DNA from: Lama guanicoe
Taxonomy: Eukaryota
Direction of reading: 5' to 3'
DNA length: 64,000 nt
Assembly: GCA_013239625.1 (NCBI GenBank)
Contig: MU053472.1
Coordinates: 1,815,236 to 1,879,235, forward strand
A program made the translations under genes and the position numbers. Position 1 is the stretch's first letter, and every line of letters starts with the position of its first letter. The notes under the pieces were generated by a model. The model ran no database searches. It was given only the letters and a program-made list of their open reading frames with translations, and was not told where the DNA came from. Positions 1 to 12,380 of the stretch are shown one piece after another.

Positions 1-164
1 ACTGTACTATGTATTCTAGGGAAGTTGAAGAATTAAAGGGAAATAAACAGGATGCTTAACATCTCTACTTAAATTTGGAGTTATATGCAGCCCAGAAACA
101 ATATGTATATAATATTCTGTATATAATGAATAACTGTGGTTGGGGGTCACATTTGATTGCTTAA

Positions 165-275
165 AATACTGTGCTATATATTGCACATCTGCTACCTTCT
201 TTATTCCTCACAAAAATCCTATGAGGTAAAGGTATTGTTATAATTTCCTCTTTTCTCTGATACAGCTCAGAAAAT
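165..275 (-). mobile_element. MIR SINE relic
   Basis: Antisense MIR core-like text TTTATTCCTCACAAAAATCCTATGAGGTAAAGGTATTGTT; heavily diverged. Confidence 0.55.
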
Positions 276-714
276 TATGGGCACTACACTACTTCCTGCT
301 TTGATGATGCCATCTGAATTTCTTTATCATGAGTATGTTGTAATAGATGTTTTATTAAAGTATTTTTTTGATAAGAGCATTTTTAGCATATACAGGCATA
401 CAGCAAGTGCATGAACTCTGTGATTAAACGTAGATTTGATGTCCATTTCTGTGGCCAGCCAGCTAGATTACCTTGAGTCTCTTTGTCCTTAAGAAGAATA
501 TGGCTAACCCTGTCTCCTCTGTTGTGAAAACTGAAAGATGGCACACTTGGGTATCTTCTGGCCGGAGTCTGAATACATAGCAAGGACTTATTCAATGTTA
601 GTTCTCTCCTTGTTAACTTTATTTCAGTGCTAATAGTAGTAGTGGTAGAAGTGCTAGTAATAATAGCAATCTTTACTCACCCTAGTTTTTGGTATAGCAT
701 GTTCCTCTTTAGTA

Positions 715-855
715 TAGCATGTTCATTCCTCATGACTTCCCTGTGAAGAATGTTTACACTATTGTCCTTATTTTATGAATGAGGAAACTGCAAAGTGGTA
801 ATTCCCAGGATGGAGGCCAGGAAGTCTAATTCCAGAGTTTGTATTTTTAACTAAT
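715..855 (-). mobile_element. MIR SINE relic
   Basis: ATTTTATGAATGAGGAAACTG core motif, followed by GTCTAATTCCAGAGT...TTTAACTA typical of antisense MIR. Confidence 0.6.
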
Positions 856-3559
856 ATGTGACCTTCTCAGAGACTATGTTCCAATAACAATAGATTAGAT
901 TCTGATATTTCAGGCCTTAATCCTAGAAATTATTTTACCGCCCCCTCCTTCTCTGCCATCCTGTTCTTCCATGTTTAGCTTGTGACAGTATGACCATTTG
1001 TTTCTTGATCCTCGGTTGATGCCTATAATAGGTTTGTTTGATTAGATGTTCAGAGACCCTTCTGATTCTGAAGTCGGGGGTCCCACACTGTTCGGATAGA
1101 TGCAGTGTTCTGAGGCAGTGCTGGCAGTCCTTTAAGGGAAAGCGATTCATCACTGTGGCCTGATAAGGAGCATGTTGACTTCAATCCTGAGCTGAAATTA
1201 ACCATTTCATGGGGGGCTTGAGGGGGACAACAGATTGCAGATTAACTCCTCCAGCCTCTTCATCTCCTTAAAAAAAGAAGAAACTCAAATAGTTCTGCCC
1301 AGACGGATTTGACTTCAGTCATTTGTTTTTGTGTCTAAATACATTTTGCTCCACCAACAAAAGATGAAGAAACAGGGCCATTTTGTTTGCCAGAGGAGCA
1401 GCCACTCTCCTGCATGTGTTAGCCTGGCTGTTTACATCTGTTTTTGACTGTATCCTGATCTGTCGTTGTCTCTCTTTCTCTCTTTTTTCCCTTCTGTCTA
1501 TGTTTCAGTTTGTCTTAGGTTTCTATTTCTCCCTCCTCACTTCTATCTTCTTGTTTCAATAATTCTGTTTTATTTCTGTAAATGAAAGTCTCTCCCAAGG
1601 ATGCTGAACATGTCATTTTTTTTATAACACTCCCATATATGCACAGAAGAATTTAGTGTGGCTATAAAACTTGTTCTTGGCATAAATTTGGCAGATCGTT
1701 TTTAGCCTGGGTGAGACTTTTCACTGGGATCATGAAAGTGTTGGGGCGTCACTGCCTTCCACTCTTCCTTCTTCAAGGATGACATTAGTGGTTTTAGCTC
1801 TTGTTGACCCTTCTTTAAACCAAAGCTTTATAGCCTATTAGAGCACAGCTTGGATTTTTTTTATGATATGTTGGAGGGAAAGAAAAAACTCCTCTAAGGT
1901 TACAAATGGTTTCATTTACCAAAATGACTATTACTCTTGGAAAGTTTTGTCTTTACAATTTCCAGGAGTTGGGTGGGCTTGAGGTCCTTCCTGTCTCCCA
2001 CTCCACCTCCCCGCCCACACGCTCATGTTGGCAGAGATGCTGAGAGCTTGAAGCATAATTCCAGGCTTCTAGGAGGCAAACCATGGACCAAGACGCACTT
2101 TCTTGCTGTTATTTTAATCTCGTATTTTATCATCGGATCAGATAACAGTCCCAGTTACTTACAATCTGTGTTGGCACCTTGAACTCCAAATCAGGTGTTA
2201 CGTGTCACTCTGTGAGAGGTTCTCTGCATTGCCCCTCTCTCTATTCCTGCTTCATTAAAGGATTTTATTTAAGCATCTTCATTTTTCCCAGGCCATCTGA
2301 AGGTTTCAATGAAATGAAAAATACTTGCCCTCTCCATAAAAATAATACTTAAAACTTTGATCTCACATTTTGCTTATCAGAGTAACTTTGCCCAGACCTG
2401 GACCAGAGCTTTCTTAATGGGAGCCAGTGGATCTAAGCTTCTGATGGTTCTACAAGGAACCACTAAAGAAACTTAAGGATTTCCTGAAGCAAGCAATATC
2501 CTTCAGTAGGGAACCAGATTATATCATAAATCTAATCATAGCTGAGAAGGGGAAAAGTTGTGGATCTTTTATCATCACAAGCTGAATAACACACACGTTA
2601 GGTAACCTCCATGGGTTTCCTCCCTGCTACTGGCTCGGCTATGGCTTTTATTGGAGCCGTATCTGTACCCCTACTCTTTCAACCCTCTCTTTTTATGAGA
2701 CTAAAAAGTAAATTGGGTGCTATTTAAGTATTTCCTACTTATGTTTATTGAAAACTACCCTGCCGCAGGGCATAGCACTTTGAAAAACTGCCCTGTGCCA
2801 GCCCAGTTTTTCACCCACATGATTTACCCAAAAACCTGGACTTTGCTTTGCTCAGATCTTTAATTTCTTTAAACCAATGATCACACAGAAACTTAGGAGG
2901 AGCCTAGTTTCACTTGTGAGGTTTTCAATAAAAGTTAAGTGGAGTGTGGCTTGAAAACCAGACCCGTGAAAAGCCATGACTGTGCTGACACTAGAGGAAA
3001 AAACTACCGAATTCTCATACCTCCTACTTTCAGTGTTGGAAAGCAAAGGAAAAATTAGGAGGATGGAAGGACTTCAGCCCTGGTCCACTCTGGGAAAGGA
3101 AGGGAATGAGGGAAGTTTGGTTGAGTTCATTTGTTACTTATTGGCTTTTTATTTAAAAGTTTGTTCTGTTTCTATGTATGTGTTCTTTCTAGAAATTTTT
3201 GAAAATACAGAAAAGTATGCAGAATACAATTTAAAACCTGATTTCACTCCACAGATATAATTATTTTTAACATTTTGGTATATAACTTCTTAGGACCTAA
3301 TCTCTTTAAATTTATAATATTTTTAAATTGACAGAATATTAAACAATATTTTATAACTTACCTCATTTATTATCATCAGCAGATTTCCTTGAAGTCATTA
3401 AATATTTTTCAAAAATAGATACTTAATTGGTTATATTCTCTGAATCATTTATTTGTCTCGTTTTCCATCCTTAAACTTTTCAATTTCTAAGTTTTTTGTA
3501 GTACACTAGTTAAGAATAAATAAAATTCCTATATATTAATCTTTGGTTTATATGTTTTC

Positions 3560-6500
3560 AAACACTTAAAGAAAAATTAATACCAATACTTCTCAACTCT
3601 TCCAAAAAACAGAAGAGGAAGGAACACTTCTAAACTCATTTTAGGAGGTCAGCATGATCCTGATACCGCAAACAGGGAGGACACAGCAGGAAAAGAAAAT
3701 TAGGCGAATATCCCTAATGAACAAGGGGCAAAGATCCTTATCAAAATGTTAGCAAAACAAATTCAGTAATACATTAAAAGGAGTATCCACCATGATGAAG
3801 TGGGATTTATTCCAGGGAAGCTAGGATCATTCAACATCCACAAATCAATCAGTGGACTATATACCACATTAACAAAATGAAGGATAAAAATTTTATGATT
3901 GTCTCAATAGATGCATCAAAAGCATTTGACAAAATTCAACATTCACTTATGATAAAAACTCAAACAAAGGAAGTATGGAAGGGACATACCTAAACATAAT
4001 AAAGGCCGTATATGACAAGCTCACCGTGAACATCATACCCGGTGGTGAAAAGCTGATTTTCCTCAAAGATCAGGAGCAAGACAAGGAAGCCCACTCTTGC
4101 CACTTTTATTCAACATGGTATCGGAAGTCCTAACCAGGGCAGTTAGGCAAGACAAAGAAACAAAAAGCATCCCAATTGGAGAGGAAGGAGTGAAACAGTC
4201 ACTATTTGCAGATGACATGACATTATACATAAAAAACCCTAAGAACTCCATGAAATCACTGTGAGAACTAATAAACTCAGTAACGTTGCGGGATACAAAA
4301 TTAATGTACAAGAGTCAGTTGTATTTCTATACATTAAGACTGAACTGTCAAAAGAAAAATTAATAAAACAATCCCATTTACAATTGCATGAAAAAGAATG
4401 AAAGACCTATGTATAAATTTAACCTAGGAGGTAAAAGACCTGTGCACTGAAAACCATAAGACACTGATGAAAGAAACTGAAGAAGGTGTCTAAGAGATAC
4501 TGCTTGTTCGGTTTCAGACCACTGCAGTAAAGTATCAAGATAAAGTGTGTCACGTGACTGTTCTGGTTTCCCAGTGCATGTAAAGGTAATGTTTACACTA
4601 TACTGTAGGCTGTTAAGTGTGCAATAACATTATGTCTAAAAAAACAATGTACATACCTTAAAAAAATACTTTATTGCTAAAAAATGCTAACCTTTATCTG
4701 AGCCTTCAAGGACGAGTAATCTTTTTTGCTGGTGAAGAATTTGAAATATTGCAAGAATTACCAAAATGTGACACAAAGACATGAAGGGAGCAAAAAAAAA
4801 TGCTATTGGAAAAATGGTGCTGATAGATTTGCTTCGCACAGGTTTGCCAGAAACTTTCAATTTGTAAAAAGTGCAATATCTTTAAAATGCAATAAAATTT
4901 GAAGTCCAGTAAAGCAAGGTATGCCTATAAATGGAAAGATACACTGTGCTCACAGATTGGAAGAATTAATATTGTTAAAATGTTCATAAGCAACCTACAG
5001 ATTTAGTGCAATCCCTATCAAAATTCCAATGGTATTTTTCAAAGAAATAGAACAAACAATCCAAAAATTTGTATGGAACCACAAGAGACCCCAAATAGCA
5101 AAGGCAATCTTGAGAAAGGAGAACAAAGTTGGAGGCATCATGCTTCCTGATTTCAAACTATCTTATGAAGTTATAGTAATCAATATAATACTGGCATAAC
5201 AATTAAACTTTTCAGTGGAACAGAATAGAGAACCTAGAGAGAAACCCACACATATATGGTGAATTAATTTACAGCAAAGGATCCAAGAATATACGATGGG
5301 AAAAGGATAGTATCTACAGTAAACTGTGTTGGGGAAAACTGGACCACTGCCTTATACTATACACAAAAAAATCAACTGTAAATGGTTTAAAGACTTGAAT
5401 ATGAGATCTGAAGTCATAAGTGCATACAGTATATATGTGATAAGCTCCTTGACACCGGTTTTGGATTTGATACCAAAGGCAAAGGCAACAAAAGCAAAAA
5501 CAAGTGAGACTACATCAATCTAAATACCTTCTGTACAGCAAAAGAAACCATCAAAGAAATGAACAGGTATCCTACAGAAGGAGAGAAAATATTTGTAAAT
5601 CATGTATCTGGTAATGGACTAATATCCAAAGTATATAAGGAACTCATACACCTCAAGAGGAAAAAAATCTAATTAAAAAGTGGGCAGACAATCGGAAGAG
5701 ACATCTCACAGATTACATACAAATGGCCAACAGGTACATGAAAAGGTGCTCAACACACTGATCAGGGAAATACAAATCAAAAGCCCAATAAGATATCATC
5801 TCACACCTATTAGAATGGCTATCATGAAAAAGAAAACAGACAAGTGTTGGCACAAATGTGAAGAAAAGGGAATCCTTGTGTACTAGCTATTGGAATTATG
5901 GAATGTGAACTGGTGCAACCACCATGGAAAACAGTATAGAGGTTCCTCAAAGAATGAAAAATAGAACTATCATATGATCCAACAATTCTGCTTTGGGGTA
6001 TTTATCCAAAAGAAACAAACACAGTAACTCAAAAAGATACCTGCATGCCCATGTTCATTGCAGAGTTATTTACAATAATCAACACATGGAAACAACCCAA
6101 GTGTCTGTATAAATGGATAAAGAAAATGTGACAACACACACACACAAAATGTAATATTCGGACATAAAAGGAAGATAATCCTGCCACTGTGACAACGTGG
6201 ATAGACCTTGAGAGCATTATGCCAGTCAGAGAAAGACAAATACCACGTGATCTCACTTTATAAGTGGAATATTAAAAAAAAATCATAGACTCATCCATGC
6301 AAATAACAGACTGGTGGCTGCTTTGAAGGAGATGTAGATGAGAATAGGGTAAAATAGGTAAAGTTGGTGAAAATGTACAAAATTCTAATTATAAAATAAG
6401 TCATTCCTGGGGTAATGTACGACATGGTAACTGTAGTTAATACTGCATTGTACATTTGAAAGTTGCTAAGAGAGTAGATCTTGTAAGTTATCATAAGAAA

Positions 6501-6656
6501 AAAAATTTGTAACTATCTGGTGGATGTTAACTAGATGTTGTGTTAAAGACTTTTCCCAATATATTCATATACTGAATTTCCAAATATATTCATATATTGA
6601 CTCTTTATGTTGTACATCTGAAACTAATATGTTCTATGTCAATTATATTTCAATTA
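3560..6656 (+). mobile_element. 5'-truncated, decayed LINE-1 (ORF2 RT and C-terminal region plus 3'UTR; L1MA/L1_Art-like), interrupted by a Tigger1 derivative
   Basis: RT motif LFADDM is encoded at 4202-4219. ORF 5680-5886 reads [27 protein letters not shown], matching the ORF2 C-terminus. The 3' end TATGTCAATTATATTTCAAT is L1-typical. Many frameshifts and stops. Confidence 0.95.
4485..4927 (-). mobile_element. Internally deleted Tigger1 DNA transposon (Tigger1a_Art-like)
   Basis: Both Tigger1 ends are joined in about 440 bp: GAGATACTGCTTGTTCGGTTTCAGACCACTGCAGTAAAG at one end and AAAGCAAGGTATGCCT at the other. L1 ORF2 resumes directly after (AAATGGAAAGAT). The left terminal repeat is eroded. 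Confidence 0.85.
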
Positions 6657-7775
6657 CATTTTTTCTTTTAAATTTATTGAGAGATAATTGCCATGCAGCA
6701 CTATGTAGGCTTAAGGTATACAGCATAATGATTTACTTACATGAAAAATGTTAATTATGCATTCACCAGTATCTTTTTGAGTTTTCCTATTCTCACTGAT
6801 TTTAAGATCATATATCTTTTTCCAAATTTCACTTTCAATCTGTGTATATCATTATGCTTGCAAAGAGTTTTTTATAAACAGCATACAGAGTTATGTTTTT
6901 AATTCTATCTCAGTCTTTTATCTGGTGTTTGTAGACAATTTACATCGAATGTACTTATTTATATCCTAGGGCATATACTGCTGTTTTATTTTTTATTTTC
7001 TATTTGTTCTGGTTTGTTTGTTTGTTTGTTTGTTTTCTTTCCCTTGCCTTTCTGTAGTTTGCTTGAACGTTTTATAAAATTCTATTCTGATTTATCCATA
7101 GTGTTTTATTATACCACTTTATATAGATTTACTAGTGGTTGCTCTAGGTGTATTGTTTTAAGTATTCATAACTTATCACAGTCTCCTGGTGTAGACTGTA
7201 TACTGCTGGGCGGGGTGGAAGTCTAAGCTCCATATTTGTTCTTCGCCACCACCGCACATGTGTTGGGGTTGGTTCTTGTTAACAGCTGACTTTATCCTGA
7301 CCACCTACTTAGTCTTCTCTGACACTACCCCAGTGGGCATTTTCTTAGCGCTTCATGAGGGTGGAAGTCTAGGCTTCATACTTGGCCTTTGCTGGCCTGG
7401 GTGGTGGTACAGCCACAGTTTCCTTTTCCTTTCCTTTCCTTTTTCCTTTCCCCTTCCCTTCCCTCTCCTTCCCTTCCCTTCCCTTGTCTAGAGTAAAGGA
7501 GTTACTGTTTTAAGTCTCTGTCCTGCAAGGCTGACCCTTTCCTATTTTTTGGCTAGAGAGATCAGGTTTTTGTTCAGGTTTTTTTTTTTTTTTTGGTTCA
7601 TTTCCATTGGTGTTTTCAGGTTGCTGGCTTCTTCAGCTCCAAGGCTGGGATATTTGAAGCAAAAAGGAAACCCGAGAACCTCATGTTCCTTGTGTCATCC
7701 TTTGTGTCCTGAAGGTCCTAGGTGTCCTGACGCCTTTTCTCCACCCCTTTCAGGGTCTTACGTTTATTTCATTTT
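6657..7775 (-). mobile_element. Older antisense L1 fragments (L1M/L1MC-like)
   Basis: Antisense L1 3'-end (TTTAAATTTATTGAGAGATAATTG...TAAGGTATACAGCATAATGATT) and T-rich antisense L1 text (TTTTTATAAACAGCATACAGAGTT...). Internal boundaries unresolved. Confidence 0.6.
7418..7485. repeat. Pure pyrimidine (CCTTT/CCCTT)n tract
   Basis: Direct reading: about 67 consecutive pyrimidines. Confidence 0.9.
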
Positions 7776-7777
7776 TA

Positions 7778-8019
7778 CAACTGACCCTTGACCAAAGTGA
7801 GGCTTGGGGATGCTTGCCTTCTGTGGGTTGAAAATCCACGTATGACTTGTAATTGGCCCAACGGGTCCGCGGTTCCGCCGCGGCAGCTCTGGTTCTACAG
7901 CCACAGATTCAACACAAGACAGATTTCATAGTGTAGTACAATTCACTGTTGGGGGGAGAAAGAATCCCTGTGTGAGTGGACTGGCCCAGTTCAAACCCGT
8001 GTTACTCAAGGGTTAGCAG
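7778..8019. mobile_element. MER8-like Tigger2-family MITE
   Basis: Terminal inverted repeats CAACTGACCCTTGA and TCAAGGGTTAGCAG, flanked by TA (7776-7777 and 8020-8021). Length about 240 bp; internal GAAAATCCACGTATGACTT and CAGTTCAAACCCGTGTT. Confidence 0.88.
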
Positions 8020-8212
8020 TAATTAATGTGCAGGGTTGGGGTTGTACTTAGCTAGAGAAACGTACATCTACTCTGTTTTCCCTCAGTGGAATCAGTTTGT
8101 TCAACTTACTCAAATCTCTGAGCAAAAATATAAACATGTATTTCTGTCTGTATGTGTATGAAAATACAATGTATCTTATAAGTGAACAATTTGTTCCTGA
8201 TGTGGTCAGTAT

Positions 8213-8280
8213 CAGGAGTCAACAACTCTTTTTCTCTAAAGAGGCAGATAGTAAATATTTTAGATTTTGAAGGCGATACT
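8213..8280. mobile_element. MER58 (hAT-Charlie) terminal fragment
   Basis: CAGGAGTCAACAACTCTTTTTCTCTAAAGAGGCAGATAGTAAATATTTTAG resembles the MER58 terminus. Confidence 0.7.
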
Positions 8281-9369
8281 GTAATGGCAGGTATATTTGA
8301 ATTTTTCACTTCTTCCTTCTTTCCTTTTACTTTACCAGTATGTTAGGGCATAATTTCAGTATCACAGGTTTAAAACCAAGCTAGACATTTCATGACATTA
8401 CATTAAAGTAAGTTAACATTTGTCAACACTGCTTCTCTTTTTCAATGATATTGCAGAAACAAACCAACAAACCAACATTGAATGTGCCTTGACTGAGTTT
8501 GAGATGGGTGGTGCGAGGAGTCTTAGCGTCTTGCTAAGTAAGCTCACAGCTTTCCTTTCTCCCTATCTCTTTTATCTGGCTCCATTCTTTTACAAATAGA
8601 ATTTATAGGCCCAGCTTTTCCGTGCTAAAGACCTTTCTAGTGAATCTGCAGAGACCTGATCGTGGGGCTTCTCTGGAGCGGATCTCTCCAGAAAGAACTC
8701 GAAGTGACCACTTACCTCAATAAGCTGATCTTGTCTCTCCTATGGTAGGTGTTTTAAGTTACTGCTTCCATTTAGTTCCTTTGTGATCTGAGTATCTTGC
8801 AACTGAAATTTCATTATTCAGGGATGCAATACACTTTATAAAATGAAGAACCTATCCTTTCTCCACCTCATTATGCAGATTCCCTCTCAAACTGATAAAA
8901 GCTACTGCAAACTAGTACTGAATCTAAGAACTCCAATGAGCTGTAGAAATGTTCTGAAATATTTACCAAAGTAGGGACTAACTTCTCAGGATTCTGGTGC
9001 TACAATTTGAAATGTATATTGTCTGTTTCTTTCTAACTTGGCTTTCTTATTTCTTATTCCTTAGTGACACTGCAAAAAAAAATTACTTTTTAAAATTATC
9101 TTTGAAAAACTTGACAGTTCTTATGTTTGTCAATTACTTTAATATTCTATATATTTTTAAATGGTTGCTTGGTTGGGAGTCTCTAGACACAACACTTCAC
9201 ACTAAGTAGGGCTGACAGTTAAGTGATGTGGAAGCCATTATCTCACCTTTGTGCTTGCAGGCTGTGGCCTCTTGCCTTTTCCTGTTTCATAATAAATAGC
9301 ATTAGCATTCAGGAACTTTTTAACACCTATTGAGGACAGGATTTTTCTAATCTTCTATAAGAGAGGATT

Positions 9370-10250
9370 TTAAAAATGAATGACTAAAACCTCCTAACAA
9401 ACATAGCATACAGAAAAGAGAACTGTGCATCGTTCTTACATTTGAATTCGGATTCATAAATATCAAATAAAATACCAACCAACCGAATTAAACATTGCAA
9501 TAAAAAAAATCATCTACCATGACCAGATATGATTTATCCTATGTTAGAAAGTCTATTGTTGTAGTATACAATATTAAATTGGTCCAATAAGAGAACACAA
9601 TATTCTCACTGGATGCTGATAAAACTCAGGATTTATTATTGAGATTTATTCTGCGATAACTAGGAATAGAAAGGTAAATTCTTTACATAATAACGAATAG
9701 CTATCTTAAACCAAACACCAGCATTATATTTAATGTGGAATACTGTTGGCATTCTTTCCAACATCACGAAACAGGCAATTATGCCCTGACCATTATTATA
9801 CAGTTACTTTGAAGATTCCAGACAATGCAGTAATATATAAAACATGAAGAAGAGATATAATTATAAAATCATCATTTATAGACAATATATTTTTTCAGAC
9901 AATATAATTTTTTATATAGAACATTCAAAAGCATCAACTTTTAATAAACTTATTATGCTGGTCAGATACTTGGTTAATATGTAAAACATCCACACTATTT
10001 CTATAAGTCAGTACAACTGATTAGGTGATCTAATTCTTTAAAAAAAAAAAAACCATGAAACTCTTCAGAGTGATATAATTTACATAAATTAACTATATAT
10101 CATGTTTCTGAAGAAGGGAACTGAGTATTGTAAAAGTTGCAGTTATTCCAAAATTAGTTCAGAATTTCCTTATCCCAAATCAAAATACCAGTGGATTTAG
10201 TTTTTTAACAAAATTATTGCATTTGAGAATTGCTAAGATAATTTTTTGTC
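9370..10250 (+). mobile_element. Ancient L1 ORF2 fragment (L1M/L1ME-like)
   Basis: Degenerate ORF2 text (ATCTACCATGACCAGATATGATTTATCC; CTGGATGCTGATAAAA; ATCATCATTTATAGACAATAT) collinear with the younger L1 at about 3700-5050. Confidence 0.75.
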
Positions 10251-10451
10251 TTGGCAACGAGGAGGACGTTTGCTTCACAACTTCCTTGTTTTATTGGGAA
10301 AATTTTCTAACTTACAGAAAAAATTTAAATAAATACATTGTCACCAGATTCAACAATTGCTAATATTTTGTGATAGCTCTCTAGGCAGAATAGAATCTTA
10401 AGTAGAAATGAATGATCTGGTTTTTGAAGTGAAAAAAAAAAAGTGAATGAA

Positions 10452-10841
10452 GGGACACAAATGGCAAAATACCCTTCTTATGGGAGAGTTGTATTCCATT
10501 ACATATATATGCTGCATCTTCTTTATCCATTCATCAATTGATGTGCACTTAGGATGCTTCCATATCTTGATAATTATAAATAATGTTGCTGTTAATAGCA
10601 GGGGGTATGTATCTTTTTGAGTTAATTTTTATTTTGTGGTTGGCTTTATTCCTTTGATAACTATGTTAGTTTAAAAAGCTAAAGCTCTAAACGTTCTTAG
10701 AAACAATGAACAGTGCGTATATGTAAATTTTAAAAATATGTGCAGTATATTGTGTCTATGTATTTACAAGCAATATACTGTATATGTGCAGTCAAAGTGT
10801 AACAATTTTACCTACTAAAACTGAAAAATGAAAAAAAAAAG
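10452..10841 (+). mobile_element. TSD-flanked retroposed insert: antisense L1 piece, unique segment and poly(A)
   Basis: AAGTGAATGAA occurs at 10441-10451 and 10842-10852. A10 tract at 10831-10840. Antisense L1 text spans about 10455-10635. Confidence 0.65.
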
Positions 10842-10970
10842 AAGTGAATGAACCATGAGGTCCATTTTAAAAGCAGTATCAGCTACAGACTTGTTTCTTT
10901 CTTTTAAAGTATAACTCCTCAAGACAGTTATCTGTACTTGCTGTCATCAGTGTCTTTGTGTATGTACATG

Positions 10971-10992
10971 CACACACACACACACACACACA
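10971..10992. repeat. (CA)n microsatellite
   Basis: CA x11, read directly. Confidence 0.95.
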
Positions 10993-11009
10993 CTCTTTCT
11001 CTCTAATGC

Positions 11010-11800
11010 CTTATTATTAAAAAATTCAAATACATGTAAACATAGAAAGAATAGCGTTACAAATCCCTTAACAATCAAGTCGCTGCAGCAAGTCAGAACT
11101 CATGGCCAGATTAGCTTCATATCTTATCCCACTACCCCACCAGATTATTTTGAAGGAAATTTCAGACATATTATTTCATCTAGCAGCACATATTTCCAAA
11201 AAATAAACTTTTTTAAAGCGAAGTATAATCACTCCTGAAAAAAATTAACAATAGTTCTTTAATACCAAATTTCCAACTCATATTAAATCCCCTGATTATC
11301 TCATTTTTAAAATCATGTTGCAAATAAGACCCATATGTTGTGATTAATTGATATATCTCATAAGATTCTTTTAAAATATTGGTTTCTCTTCCATCTCCTT
11401 AGTCACTTCCTTAGTTTTTTTTTTCCTTCCCTGGGGGCATTTCCCACCTGTGGGCGGGACTTGGGAAGATTCCCGAAAGCAGAGAATTCTTTGTCTTTTT
11501 GGAGGAGGCGGGTATTTAGGTTGATTTCTTTCTTTATTCAGTGGAGGTTCTGGGGATTGAACCCAGGACCTCATGCGTGCTGGGCATGCGCTCTACCACT
11601 GAGCTCTACCCGCCCCGACTCCTTACAGTTTTTAAAGAAACATTTATCCTGTAGTGTTTCCCTTCCCAGAAACAGGATTTTGCTGATTGTGTCCCCGTGG
11701 TGTTCTTCTGTCTCTGAAATTTCCTGTAAATTGTTAATTAGATCTAGAAGATTGGTTAGATCAGATTTTATTTTTTTGGCAAAAGTACTTATTTTTTATG
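11010..11800 (-). mobile_element. Old L1 3' region (L1MC/ME-like), interrupted by a SINE
   Basis: TTATTAAAAAATTCAAATACATGTAAACATAGAAAGAATAG and CAGATTATTTTGAAGGAAATTTCAGACAT are typical antisense old-L1 3'UTR. Confidence 0.7.
11490..11616 (-). mobile_element. tRNA-derived SINE, camelid Vic-1-like
   Basis: Reverse strand reads GGGGCGGGTAGAGCTCAGTGGTAGAGCGCATGCCCAGCACGCATGAGGTCCTGGGTTCAATCCCCAG, with Pol III A and B boxes and the family tail. Confidence 0.9.
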
Positions 11801-12179
11801 AATTTATATTAGTATCGGCACTTGTAAAAGGGTATATTCTCTGTTTTCAAGAGATCAAGTTATGTTTATATCAGATTTACCTCATTAATTAAGTTTTTAT
11901 GTCTTCTGATGCCGTATATATCCTATCCTGGACTTGGGTGAATAAAAATCTCATGCTACTAATATTTTTCTCTTTATTTCTCCTTATATCTCTGTAATTC
12001 TGCTATATAACATCCGTGTTATATTATGTGATATATAGATATTCATAACTCTTAGGGCTTCATTGTAGAATATAATACACTAACTGTCCTTTTTAACATG
12101 TCCAGTGTCCCTTTTTTGTTGTTTAATGTTTTTTGTCTAATTTAGATTGTGACCACTGATTTTCATTTTGCCATTATAA

Positions 12180-12380
12180 ATGTAAAAGGATTCAGAACTG
12201 TATTTTATATATTTGAGAAACTAGAAGGAAACGGACCAAAATGTAAACAGTATTTAATTTCTGAGTGATAGGATTATGGGCAGTTTTTAATTTTCTTCTT
12301 CAAAGCTTTTCCGAAGTTTTCTTTTATAAGGCTTAATTAACAAACTACTTTTTTTTTTAACAAAATAAAATTTTAAAGAA
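12180..12380 (+). mobile_element. L1ME-like 3' terminal fragment
   Basis: ACCAAAATGTAAACAGTATTTAATTTCTGAGTGATAGGATTATGGGCAGTTTTTAATTTTCTT. Confidence 0.6.

Noticed and set aside
6552..6600. 25-bp-period tandem duplication in the L1 3'UTR (similar small ones at 692-724, 28599-28651 and 31121-31141)
   Set aside because: Ordinary slippage duplications with no sign of function.
11461..11892. 143-aa ORF
   Set aside because: Reads through an antisense SINE and old L1; repeat-derived.
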